A stretch of DNA of 64,000 bases, taken from Lepidodermella squamata (lineage: Eukaryota > Animalia > Gastrotricha). The DNA lies in assembly GCA_047495785.1 (NCBI GenBank), contig JBLDXI010000029.1, positions 2,108,001 to 2,172,000 on the forward strand. The letters are read 5' to 3'. A program made the translations under genes and the position numbers. Positions within the stretch are counted from its first letter, which is position 1. Each line of letters starts with the position of its first letter. Positions 48,107-60,344 of this stretch are shown piece after piece. The notes beneath the pieces were generated by a model that saw only the letters and a list, made by a program, of their open reading frames with translations, was not told the origin of the DNA and made no database searches.

Positions 48107-48723
48107 GCGAACCACGAGACATGAAGAAGCCTGAAATCACTAGCAAGCTGTAGTCGATATTCCAATTTTGAAAATAACTTTATTAGGAAATAAGAACATT
48201 ATTCTGTGATCAAGATGCAGTCAATGCACACTTTCACAATAATAAATTGATTGAGGAATAATTGAATTTCACTTGTTGTCTTTGATCCATGCACTACTAA
48301 GGTCATTCTATCTAAGGGGGAAACCCGTTCAAAAATCCAATCATTTCAGGCGACCGGAACCAAGTGATCACTTCTGAATCGGAAGCAATGGATGGCAATT
48401 TAACCGAATAACAACCCATCGGCTAATAAAACCCATCGGTATTGGAGTAGTTCAAGTTTAAGCAAATGTCATGAATCAAATATCATTCTCCTGGGAAATT
48501 CGCCAGATAATTTTGCACGAACGTTTTATTTTGCAAATAAAGTATCTGTCGATTTGTATGTATGAATATGAAAGAAAATGATCGCCATTTCGAGTTTCCA
48601 ATTTCATTCATAACTTATTTGGTCAATTGCTACGACACGCGATTCGCCAAAAAGTATACAAACATCATACGTTTCCTATCAATTAACTCATTTTTTCATA
48701 GACGTCGTTTATTTCAATTTGAA

Positions 48724-50171
48724 ATGGCGAAAGAAGGTTACCAGAAGCAACTCGTCAAGGTTCCACTTTTACTGTTGATCATTGCGTTATCAATGATTGT
48801 AGTTCTTGACCTATCATCAATCCAACTTAAACCGTCGTCATCGAGTCATACTACATCGATACGATCAGCGAATACATCGAAAATTAGCCTTCAAAAATCG
48901 ATATCATCTTCGAAGCGAGATAGAGCTATCAACCTAGCAAGGTCCATTGAAGACAATTACTTGGCAAAAGTTGGGGCAAAGCTCGGCAATCTCAACTCAA
49001 CTCGTTTTGTTACTTCCTTTTGCAAACCGTCAGATTTTCCAAACAATGTTACCTGTTTCGACTTCATGTTGCCTGCGGTAAAATGGGCGAAGAAATGTCG
49101 AGTCCGAGAATATCCACCTTGCTGCGGCCTGGGCGACCGCCTTAGAGGAACAGTTGTTGCCTTCTACCTCGCCATAGCAACTGGAAGAGCATTCACAATT
49201 GAATGGCAAAAGCCGGGCGATATAGGCTCTTACTTCTACACCAACGAGCATTTCTACAAAACGGATTCACGAGCGTTTCGTGAAGCTTACGACCAGCCAG
49301 GGGCCACGAAATGGCTGTCTCATAGAGGCGACCTTCGTCCCCAACCTTACATCCGATTGTTGTCGGGGAGTAATTCATTTGTGAATTTTCGATTTCTCAA
49401 CATGATGTCAAATAGATATATTGGCCTTGACGCTATCCTACGTAACGAAGCTTTCAAATCTAATTTTGATCAATTCGCACCAGGATTGTTGAACAGCATG
49501 GACGACTTGGATATTGCAATCTCCGCGGCTTTAAGATTAATTTTCAGGAGGCCGAAGGCCACATTTCAAAAATTGTTCGAGAACGTTATTTCAGCCACAG
49601 TTGGACATAATTTCTGGGAGAAGTCTTTTAAAATAGGAGTTCAATTGCGGACATACGGTAAGTCGATTATTTCATTCACTGCTAATGGTTACTCTTATCA
49701 GATTTGGATAATATGACCTCTTACAGCAGCGAAATGGTGCAATGTTATGTCACAGAGGTACGGCGAATTCTGGAGACAATGAAACCCGTTGGGGGGCCAA
49801 TCGTGATTTTCATAACCTCGGATATGGAACAGGCATACCAAGACGTGATAAAGCTGTTAGCAGACCTAACGAAAAACCAAAATGTCAAGATGTTTACTAC
49901 CGATGGAAGTCACAACATGACGATAACGCACATCGATCAACTGGTAGTTGCAGATGATGAGACGTCTTGGTTTGCCGCGGCGAAGACTTATCTCGATTGG
50001 TGGATACTGACGAAAATGGACCGGTTGTTGATAAGCCGAAGTGGCTTTGCTGAATCTGCAGCGCGCTTCGCCCTGGTTCCAACGTTACGCCAACTTCCAG
50101 ATGAAGACTGTTCTTTTGAAAATTACGCGAGCAAGCCTTTGACAGGCTATAACTATTTTGATTGGTTGTAA
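48724..50171 (+). CDS. Type II membrane GDP-fucose-dependent fucosyltransferase-like protein (GT-B; alpha1,2/alpha1,6/GT37-like motifs), intron 49658-49701
   Basis: TM anchor VPLLLLIIALSMIVVL; motifs GLGDRLRG..FYLAIATGRAF, IGVQLRT, IFITSD, LDWWIL...SRSGFA. Confidence 0.7.
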
Positions 50172-50465
50172 CTCCAAACTGAGACCGTCTGAGTTAAAAT
50201 CAATAAATCACAATAATGATTAATGATGATCGAGTAATGACATTATCGTATCCATCTTGTAATAGGGGATGTGAGACGAATTGACAGGTGAGGAATTTCC
50301 AATGATCGTAAAAATAATGAAAAAAGCAAAAAAATAAAAAAACCGATAAATTTAATGGAAATAAAAGGGAAAGATCTTCCATTGATGACAATGATCAATA
50401 CGAAAAATACTAAATAGTGCAAGATCATCACTTATCACTTTGATCCAGTTTTGACTGATTTCTGT

Positions 50466-53400
50466 TCAGCCAATTTCCGTAGTTGCAGATGAAACGATTC
50501 GCAAACTGATGTTAGTCATAAGATGCCCATCGACAGTTCCAGTAATTGTCGAATCCTGACCAGCAAGCGGCCGCATCGTCGTCGACTGGCGGTCCTTGCG
50601 CATTTGAGATTTGAACTCAGCAGCATCTTTCGTCGTTCGAACACGAAACTCGAAAATAGTAACAGCGATAGATATCCATCCCACGGCTAGGCAAACACCG
50701 GACACGGTTAGCATCAAGTTATGGGCGTTGGTTGACTGAACAACAGCGACTAACATTGATCCGGCTAGAAGAGCTGTCATCTCGCAGTATATCACGGTGC
50801 CTGTCATAGAGTAACGCTGAGTTCGTTGTAACTTTTTCACAGCCTATAAAAGAATGAAATAGGTCACAGAGCGAGGCTGGTTGTAACTTACCCGGAAGAC
50901 GTGCTGAACCAGCCCTACTGTTAAGACTCCGACCAAAGCTTGGAGCAGACAAAGCTGGAAAAACGAGAGGATCGCCGATGAATCAGACAAGTTTAGACGG
51001 CAGTAAAACTTCGTCTCCTGGTAAATGAGATCAGCGTCAACATCCGAAGCGTGCTGCCCGGTTACTATTTCAGCGTAATCCACCATAGGCAAGAGGCCAC
51101 CGAGAAGAGGAGCATTTACCGCCATCCATAAAATAACCCAACCAATCTCCTTATAGTGATGTGTTCGTACTAGTTTAAACCGGCCGCTACCTCGAACATA
51201 TATCAATGTCGAGCGAAGTTTAACGTAATTGCCGGCCATAATGGAGCAAAGGCCTGCGAATACCAATGTTCCAAAAGCTTGACATGTTTCAAGGGGCTGA
51301 AAGCTGTTCGATGCCGGTAAAACAAAGCTTTGGATGAAGAGAAAGAGGGTTCCAATCAGTGGAGAACGATTTTGGGCGATCATTTCATTTGCATTCACAC
51401 TTGGGTCAGCATCTTTGGGCATCAGTAAGAACAAAAGTGACTTGGGCGGAAGCATAAGCCCCAGGGTAACAACTATTCCAAGGGAGCAAATCACTGAAAA
51501 GAACGAAAACAAATTGGGGCTATTCTTGTGCCAAGTCAATGTTACCTGCAAGACCGGCATAGATAGACGGCAAAACGAGAGGTGTTACTAGCTTTGAGTA
51601 TGAAAATGAATCAGCAAATGGTTTGCCGGTTTGAGTGAACCATCGTGCATTTTCGGTATGGATTATTGGTGGACTATTTTGAAATGCATCAAAAATTGCC
51701 ACTGTTTTCACCTCGAAAGTACCAGCCACTTGTTGAATCTGCTTGAAAACAATCGGCGCAAAGCTCAGAGTTCCGCGTCGGGTTTCCGGGCTGAATCTAT
51801 ACCATCCCAGTAGCCCTTTCACTGTAGGCATAGAGTATAGCGCCTCATCCATTATCGCCTTAAAAGAAGCTAGGTTCTGGCTGTGAAGCGCAGATCCAAG
51901 CGTCCAATCTTGGAGACGTATATTTTTCCGATTATCTAAAAGGCTAACTGCGAAATCTAACCACGTGCCTATGAAAAGCGTCTGGTCGTAAATGTTTTGA
52001 GAGAACATCTGAGGATAGGTGAGGTCAGATATTCGCCCAGCTAGTCCATCCATATAGCCCTCGTAGGTCAGGCCGGTTGAATCCTTCGAATTTGCATCTA
52101 AATCCGCCAAAACTCCTTCTCCAAGAAAGAAAACATTACGAACCATCTCAGCTAACTCTTCGCAACTGCACGTCAAAGGGTAGTGAATTATGTTGCAATT
52201 GTCGGGGTTCATTTCCGCTTCGTATACATTCGAAATGAAGAAGGCGTAATTTGCCGAGGAAAATCCTTTTCGGAAAAAGCTACACAAAATTTGGCCGACC
52301 GAATCTGCTAGAAATAAAATCACCCTAGCACCGCTCAATTTTATGATTTCCACAGCTTGATCAACCTCGTCCAAGTCTTCCAACTTAAACATCTCTCCGA
52401 CGGCTAGTAACTCCACATTTTTAGCCTCCATCACGGCGAGAAGTCGTTTTAAATGATAAAAATAGGCAGCATGGCTAACTACGGCTATTTTCCTCCATTT
52501 TAAGCGAGTTACCAAATCGACAAATGCCGGGAAAAGACCATTTGTGTTACCCGAGAGAGGGTACGTTGAAGAGTATGTATCGGCATTTACTGCAATGTCA
52601 ATGTTAACTGAGTAGGATAGCATCTAAATTCGAGTTGTCCTGTAGGAAATTGAGACTGAAATCAAGCTTGAATTACCGTTATCAAACCAAGAGGTTTAGC
52701 AGCCAGCGATAGTACTTTTTGTCCCAGTTCCAGGCAAGGCGAAAGCATTATGATAGGTAGCCGTGTATTAGACTCTTCATCATTGGACAGCCGTTGAAAA
52801 ATCGTGGGAAATTCAACTCGGTCGACTCCCTGTGATATCATATTAGCAGTAAAATAAATAGATCATGGGTTGTAGATACTTTTTACCAGTCTTAAAGACA
52901 GGCACACTTCTAGGTCGCCCTTGTTCCGTTCCCGCGCAAATTCCTATGAAGGCTAGAAAGTCAAGCGCATATTTTCCAAAGGTGAATTTTGGAAAATAGC
53001 GTCGGTTTTAATATCAAAATAAACCTCTCTGTCGATTGAACATGGAGTTCTTGTTCGAACAATTTAAAGGGAACATTTTTTACGCGCACAAAAAATTAGC
53101 GGTCGAAATGAGGCGCCATTAGCGTGCGAAAAGTTGAGTTCATGTAAAACACTTCCCCTTTCAATTTCTCGAACGAGAGTCCCATATTCAATCGACGGAG
53201 AATTACAAGAACGTTATTTTGGTGTAAAAACCGAGACTATTTTCGAAAATTCACATTTGAAGATATGCGCGTGACATTCCAACCAATAGGAGTGTGCGCG
53301 AGCGGATGAAACTTGGCGGGAAATGTGCGCTCAAGTATGGAACGGGTTTTGCTTACAATCAGGCTTACCTCATCATCAATCATCTCAAATACGATTTCAT

Positions 53401-53710
53401 ATTTCTCCGTGAAATTCGCTGCCAGCTTGAGCCGATCTAGAGCTAATTGAATGGATCGCGTTGAAGACGAGCCCATTGTGACTATTCCGCCGAATGTGTA
53501 GCACACAGATGCCAATATAGTTAGGACAACTTTGTCATCGGACGCCTTTTCGAAAAAGCTGGACGATGCGACGTACATTGGCATTTCTTCTTCCATGGTT
53601 GAATTCGAAATGTAGAAAGATTCGTTAAGCTTTGGTCGAAATTCTTTCACTGTCATAGCTGTTATTGAACCAATGTTCATCGTAAGATATATCATTGTCA
53701 AAAACGCCAT
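50466..53710 (-). CDS. Divergent GABA-B-like class C GPCR (multi-exon)
   Basis: Signal peptide, IQLALDRL...YEIVFEMIDDE, WRKIAVV, ARVILF, VKGLLG, seven TM segments with ECL2 Cys; no Cys-rich domain. Confidence 0.7.
52960..53275. mobile_element. MITE in intron 1 of the GPCR
   Basis: Imperfect TIRs GTCAAGCGCATATT..AAAGGTGAATTTT.GAAAATAG..TCGGTTTT / AAAACCGAGACTATTTTCGAAAATTCACATTTGAAGATATGCGCGTGAC. Confidence 0.6.
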
Positions 53711-54869
53711 GGTTGTAGAATAGAGAATGAAGGGTGTCTGTCCAGAAGTTTAAACTTAGGAAAGGATGTGCGTCAAAGTATTCATAATATTTAATGATGA
53801 CGTTATTAATTTCTGTTGAGCTCGAATTTCTTTCATGACTTGACGATGATTTCGGCTATGATATCTTTTTCTGTAGTTGGATAAAAGTATACAATGCCAC
53901 AGCTCGTGTTATAATTAAGTGTTTTGATTTCAGTCTGATTCAAACAACTTCTAAACATATGCTGAAAAGTTCGGACATTGCGTATAAGAAATTTTAGCAC
54001 ATAGCAGGATAAAGAAAATATACCTAATTATTCACGCAAGTATTGTACTTTATTTTTCACAAAATCGCAACATAAAAGTATCTCAACGGCGTGAATTTTC
54101 GTAGGCTGAACTTAAAGGAAGCAATTCGCTGCGATGGGTGAGGGGGAGGGACGGAAAATGTTACTGTAACATAAATCTAGAAAATTCCCTATTGATTGAT
54201 GAGTCGACAAACTAGAGCCAGAAGCATAACATTATCAGGACCAAAAGATACGCCCGGGTCGCCTACATAATATTTGAGGCGGTGAAAACCTTCATAAAAC
54301 AGCTCAATATGCACGGTGAAGACGTACCGTATTAGCGCAGGAAAATTTTGCACATAGTAAATTTTACTAATATGGCTTGGTAGGTGACTAATTTTACAAC
54401 GCCGAAGGATAAAAACACTGGGGTTTATGCATAAAATTGCCCGTCTATTGAGCTTTCGAATGGTGCAAATCCCTAGGTGATTAGAGCAATACTTGATTAA
54501 CAGGAAAATACTTCAGGCAAGACAACTCAAATGTCGACTTGAGACCCCACCCCATAGAAATGTGACCCAAAGCTCAGTAAAAGTTAACAACTCAAAATGT
54601 CATTCCGTATGAAATGTGCAGTCAGGATTGCCCGTTCAACTTTATTCATCAATGTTTTCGATTGAAAAAAACCAGGATAATGTCAGCCAAATAACCGAAA
54701 TTTACCAAAGAATCGCCTTTGTACCAAATCGAATCTGAATTATGACTACTTAATTTATAATCCTCACAAAGCATGGCTTTGCCCAAATTACCCTCCCCTA
54801 ACAGTATGTAACGCAATTTTCGATACAATTTTTGATGATAGTATTTTTTGATACTTTGGATAAGATGTT

Positions 54870-57341
54870 CTAAAACTGAAACGAAGCGCGAGCATTGGAC
54901 GTTTTTCTAGGTACGTAGCCAGGCATTTCAGGATTAAATATCATTGAAGAATGACGAGGTGCCACATTTTTAGGTGCATTTTTCGATGTAAACAATCCCA
55001 CAAGACTTATTAAAGCAATGAACAAGCAGCCAAACGACACCACAGCTAACAGAAATCGCCGATTCAGAGTTTGAGATATCAAAATGATTGCTCCTAGAAT
55101 CAATAACTGACAATAAACCGAAGTCGCTGTTCGTTTCTGCTCTCCGTTAAATGAATGATCAGATCGCTAAAAAATGAAAAAATGAAGCTTACAAAATTTG
55201 AATTGTCAAAATAAAACTCACAGATTTATACGCCACCAGTGCTGATTTTAAACAAGCCGTCACTTGTAAGAATCCGAGGATAGATAAAAAAGCAACCGAC
55301 GATGAATTTGCAACATCAGCTTGGCAGTCGAAATAAAAATGCTTCACCACGATATTTCCTCGATCCTCGAAACTGCTGAAATTGCTACGTTTCAATGTCA
55401 CCTCCATGGTAGCTAGGAAGCCAGCGACTAAAGACCCATTGAGTACGATCCAAACGCATCCAACCGCAATTTCGACCAACCAAGTGCTGAATTTATCGAA
55501 TAACCGCATTTTTAGCAGATTCCCATATGTAACCACTGCGAAACCTAAAAGAGCCATAACACCCGCGGCAGTGCAGTGGAGACAGACGTAGCGGGATGAA
55601 TAGGCTGGAATAGCCCACGCCTGAGCGATGAAAATCGAATTTCCTAACAGGATAAAAATATCACCCCGTTGGATGGTCTCATGTTTCACGAGGAAATGAA
55701 CGACGATAATGATTAGGAAAACCATTTCTAGCCCAGAAAGCGACAGCAAAGCGATAAGAACATCTAACTGAATAATATTCTCTTCAATTTCAATGTATAT
55801 AGAAGAATCAACTGGGGGCAGACCGTCGCTTGTCCGCCATTTCAATTTATCGTTAAAAAATCTGAAAGGCCGGCCATTTTTCTCATCTTTCGACTTGAAA
55901 AGCGCGATTAAGCGAAGTTTAACCTGAAGGTTTTCGTCGACATCAAACTGCGTGAAGGTTATTGGCTTGTACCCCATGGAATTGACCGTAGTTGATTTTT
56001 CAAACTGATATTCGCCCTTCAAACCTCTGACTAACGGCATTGAGTACAACGCATTTTCAATTGCTGTCAGATCGATTTTAGTCTCGTTAGAAAGTTGAAG
56101 AATTTGATCAGCTAAAATCGCAGAGAACAGAGCAATGTCGTAGCCATAGGGTGAGTAAACCGGCCATAGAAAACTGTTTTTTGCATCAGTGATCCTTCTC
56201 AACATTTCCAGTTTAAAATCGTCACTCCTAAGCCCAGTTGAGTCACTGATATCATCGAAAAGGTCCATGAATGGTTCATCTCCAAATGTGATAGCACTTC
56301 TCATGATTTCAGCAACCATTTCATGCGTACACCAATGCTTTATGTAATCAGGAATCTGGGCACTGGGATCTGGCCCGGCCCATGACATGAAAAACATGAC
56401 GTATTTAGGCCCATAAAGGCCGAATTTATAGGACCAACATGCGTAGGCTATACCCGCATCTCCGTTGAATAAAATGATCCTTGGATCGCGTTTCGCCATT
56501 TCAGCAAAGTTTTTTTCCATCTCCTCGGCGTCTGACGAGAAATGACTGACCTTTCCGTACCATGAAATTGTGATGTTTCGATATTCCAGCATTGGGATTA
56601 TCAGTGATTCCATAGCTGAGTAGTACTGGATCATGTCTCCGAGAATTGCGACTCGTTTCCAGTTCATAGCTACCATGAACGATACCAGGGCTTCATGTCC
56701 TATCCCGGCTCGATCTCCAAGGGGGAAAAACGAGAAATACCTCTTCCTGTTGTAGTACAACTCCGGGACCATTGGAAGCATCAAAATCTAGGAAATTCCT
56801 ATTTTTTTCCTTGAATTTTTCAAGTTGATTTCAAACTTACACTAGCCACCCCGTAGTAGCCTAATGACTCTCCAACAGCCAACTGGCCCAATGTAGTGCA
56901 ACCAGGGTTCAGAAAGATCGGCAGCCTGTTCTCCGACCTTTCATGTACGAACTTCGGGAGCGATTTTTCAACCATTAGGTCATCGGAGCATTCGTCATCG
57001 ATCAGTTCGAAGGCTAATTCGTAACCAGGTAGGAAGCTGGAGTTTGAATCGAACAATCGATCTAGGGCGATTTCCATCGATTTTGTTAACAAAGGTCCAA
57101 CTGGAAACGATGGGCCGCCGTAGTTGAGTGATGTAAGAATCTTGAGGACTTTCCTCCGTTTTGGATCCGAGCCAAAATTTCGCCGAACTGCGTAGCGAGG
57201 AATTTTGTCGTCAAGGGAAACAGGTTTTACATTGCAATTGTTAGCGATTTGGGTAATTTCACCGCCAGAAGTTTGAGATTGGTCAATAAGGCTTAAGGCA
57301 AAAACCAACACTGAAAAAATTGTTGTTGGCACTGAACACAT
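54870..57341 (-). CDS. Divergent GABA-B-like class C GPCR (3 exons)
   Basis: MEIALDRL..FLPGYEL..IDDEC, LYYNRKRYFSFF, WKRVAIL, DPRIILF, YGPKYV, seven TMs. Confidence 0.8.
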
Positions 57342-57556
57342 TTTAGGATGGCTTTTTATTACCGTCAAAAATGATGACTCGATTTTTCGTAGCAATGTAA
57401 GGTAAGCATCTCTTCGGGTGTGATTTTTCTCGACAGATCATGTTTAATTAGCTGGAACGATATTGCATTTGAGGCGGGGAAAATCGATCGATGAGTTTCG
57501 CGCGCGAAAAATTATTTCTGGTGATTAATGTCCCGGAAAAAATGTCCAATGTGTCC

Positions 57557-57628
57557 AGGCCCAGGCGGGAATTGAACCCGCGATCTTCTGTTTACGAGAC
57601 AGACGCTCTACCACTAAGCTACTGAGCC
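57557..57628 (-). tRNA. tRNA-Thr-CGT: tRNA-Thr, anticodon CGT
   Basis: GGCTCAGTAGCTTAGTGGTAGAGCG TCTGT CT CGT AA ACAGA AGATCGCGGGTTCAATTCCCGCCTGGGCCT folds as a complete cloverleaf. Confidence 0.93.
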
Positions 57629-58653
57629 TTTGACGGAGGTTCTTATATTGACAGCCGCATTGAAAAAAACAGTTAGATTGAATTCTCCGAGGTCCGAAAA
57701 TTGAAAATATACGTAGACTCTCAGCCTGAATTTATACTCATTTTCCAATATATTTATCTACTGCACATTTCTTTACTCAGCTTCCCGTTCATTGCAATCG
57801 ATTATCACAAAAAGGAAATAAAAGAAAAAAATGAAAGAGCTAGAAGCTAAGTATATATGAGTCATTTCTACTACAGTCCTGTTAATATAATTTCTTAACA
57901 TTCTCCGCCCAGTTAATTGCGAGTTCTCATTTGATACAAAAAGCTGAAACTGATAGTGAGAGAAATTACGATCCCAAATTCCACTCGCAGAATCGGGAAA
58001 AGTAAGTCACTGTGCATAGGGTTCTCTATGGAATAACTACAAGACAAATTTATTACGCTCCCAATGACTACTCAAATTCCTTTGAAAAAATGAAATAAAT
58101 AATTGTTCTGTCCGAATTTCATTGTAATCGGGGTCAGTTTCTGCTATTTCTTTTCGAACGCCTGATTAAGAAAAACTGCTTTACCATTCCCGTCAATCAA
58201 GCAGAAACATCGATTTTACTAACCTGTTTTGACTCCATCGCATGCGCAAACACGGGAGCTTCAAAGAATTATGATGTAGCTAAAAACGTAGTTCAAACAG
58301 GTCAGAATCCGTTTCTAATACCTCAGGGTCCACCTCGTGCCCACTTCAACCGGAATCTATTGGCATCTCATTTAGTCAATGCACCCATGAGGATTAAAGT
58401 TTATTCATACCCAAGCCAAGATTTTCTAATAAAGCAAATAATAAGTCGGGAATGCGACTCTTTTAGTATTATTGGACGTGAGTGTTAGTAATTAATCTCA
58501 AACAGCGTCGCCTCTCCAAGAAGATTTTAATTAAATATTATTGATTTAAAGACGCATCGTGACTTAATTGCTGAAAGTGACTCTCACCTTGATGTACCGC
58601 TTAAATAAACTGTATTGTTATTCCTATTGACATACAAGCGTTTCTGTATAGAC

Positions 58654-59964
58654 ATGATTTTTAGAATTGCGTTGTGCTTAATTACAGCAATATCTTGCCA
58701 ATGTGAGATAAGCGACAATTACGAACTGGCAAAATCAACTGAAAAACCGCCACAACCCAGATTGAGACTCACCCATCCGAATTTGAAGAACCTATTTTTC
58801 GAAGAATATTGCCCTTTGGCGAAATCGCTCGATCTCATTCAAGAATTGGCCCTTCAAGGCCACATGGAACATTTTCCAATTAATTTCCAAATTCGACTGA
58901 ATCTGTACAAAATCTCGGAAATCAACGACCTGGCTCAAAGGTACATTTTGAATTTCACTAGAACTTTGCCGAATTTTTTCGAATTTAGTTTATCTGCGAC
59001 TGTGAATGCTCTGGTAATATGGGCATTCCCGAATTACGGCTGCAGGACAATGAACTTGACTGAGATCCTAGGAACTGAAATCAGCTCTAATCTTCCTACA
59101 ACACTGCGATTTCGAATCGATAAATCCGACGCTTGGACACCTAGGATAAGTCTAATGAACGCAATCGGCGACACCGATCTCATGTCCCATTTCACCGTCC
59201 CAATTTTGTTCGTCGCCAATGAAGACGGAGGTCGAGTTCTCGGCGTTCTAGTTCAAGATACAATCCTTCAAACTCTGTGCGATGGCTTCACCCTGATCTT
59301 CTTCCCATTCGACCGATTGGATTGCACCATTGAGCTGGAATCTCTCGATGATTCACGACTCGTCCGAATTTCCGAGGCGACATTTTTTGTCGAGAGTTTC
59401 GCCGCGATTTTGGATGAAGCCGATGTTTGGCGGGTGTTGCCTGAGACGTTTTCGTCAAAGGTGATGAATATCACCCGAGGAGGCTTTGAAGACGACTCGC
59501 ACTTCGCCCATGTCCGAATTTCAATGGCCTTTCAACGCAAGTACAACTACTTTGTCGGGAATATCTTCTTACCGATTGGTATTCTGGTAGTTCTTCAATT
59601 AAGCGCGTTTTTCATGCTGCCAGAGCACCCGGATAGGTCTGCTTTCACCGTAACTGTTGTGCTAGCTTTCACAGTTCTACTCGCCTTGGTATTTGGCGAG
59701 ATTCCGAAATCATCCCAGCCCGTTCATTTGATAACACTGATCGAGATTCAGATTGTTGTAAGTGTTGCTATTACGATATATACGTTGTTAGCTTCAACGT
59801 TGGCTGTCACGCAGTGGGGCCAGCGTCAGTCTTGTTTTCTTTTGAAATCAATGACACTGAGCAATATTAGACTGCTTGATATAGCGGCTTTCTTCGTGTC
59901 CTTCTTCGCCTTGATCATTCTCGACTCAATTTACATTGTCAAAATGGTTTGCAATTTTGAGTGA
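58654..59964 (+). CDS. Divergent Cys-loop channel subunit (PDR family, copy 2; 48-nt intron 58941-58988)
   Basis: Paralog of 7164-8574: CDGFTLIFFPFDRLDC, FQRKYNYF, PEHPDRSA, four TMs. Confidence 0.85.
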   Translation: MIFRIALCLITAISCQCEISDNYELAKSTEKPPQPRLRLTHPNLKNLFFEEYCPLAKSLDLIQELALQGHMEHFPINFQIRLNLYKISEINDLAQRYILNFTRTLPNFFEFSLSATVNALVIWAFPNYGCRTMNLTEILGTEISSNLPTTLRFRIDKSDAWTPRISLMNAIGDTDLMSHFTVPILFVANEDGGRVLGVLVQDTILQTLCDGFTLIFFPFDRLDCTIELESLDDSRLVRISEATFFVESFAAILDEADVWRVLPETFSSKVMNITRGGFEDDSHFAHVRISMAFQRKYNYFVGNIFLPIGILVVLQLSAFFMLPEHPDRSAFTVTVVLAFTVLLALVFGEIPKSSQPVHLITLIEIQIVVSVAITIYTLLASTLAVTQWGQRQSCFLLKSMTLSNIRLLDIAAFFVSFFALIILDSIYIVKMVCNFE

Positions 59965-60344
59965 ATTGAATTGATTAATTATGTTATATGTTGAATGGTT
60001 TTATAAATCTGTTGAAAATCCTTGCGCCAATAGAGAATATTTTATTGACCAGTAAAACAAACAGTTTTCAACGGTTGATCCAGACAATTCCAGAACACTA
60101 ATTGGCAGCCAGTACATAGTTGCCTTGAAACCTAACGCTATCCGGGAATTTAGAGTGCGAAGTACCGGGGGTACGAGGTCCACCTCGAGAAGTCCTGGCA
60201 GGAAAACCCAACTTGTACAACTTGTATGTAGATTCGGAATTTCACAGTGAATATTCAAAACGCTCACGGCAGAATGTGAATTTTGAGGGGAAAACGAATG
60301 ACTTGTACCTAATTGTAACTGTCGTAAACAAGTCAAAATCCGAA

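Noticed and set aside
51495-51560. Apparent frameshift between GPCR ORFs 51520..52623 and 50844..51560
   Set aside because: Explained by a ~50-nt GT-AG intron (GCAG|GTAACA...TTTTCAG|TG) that restores the frame in TM1.
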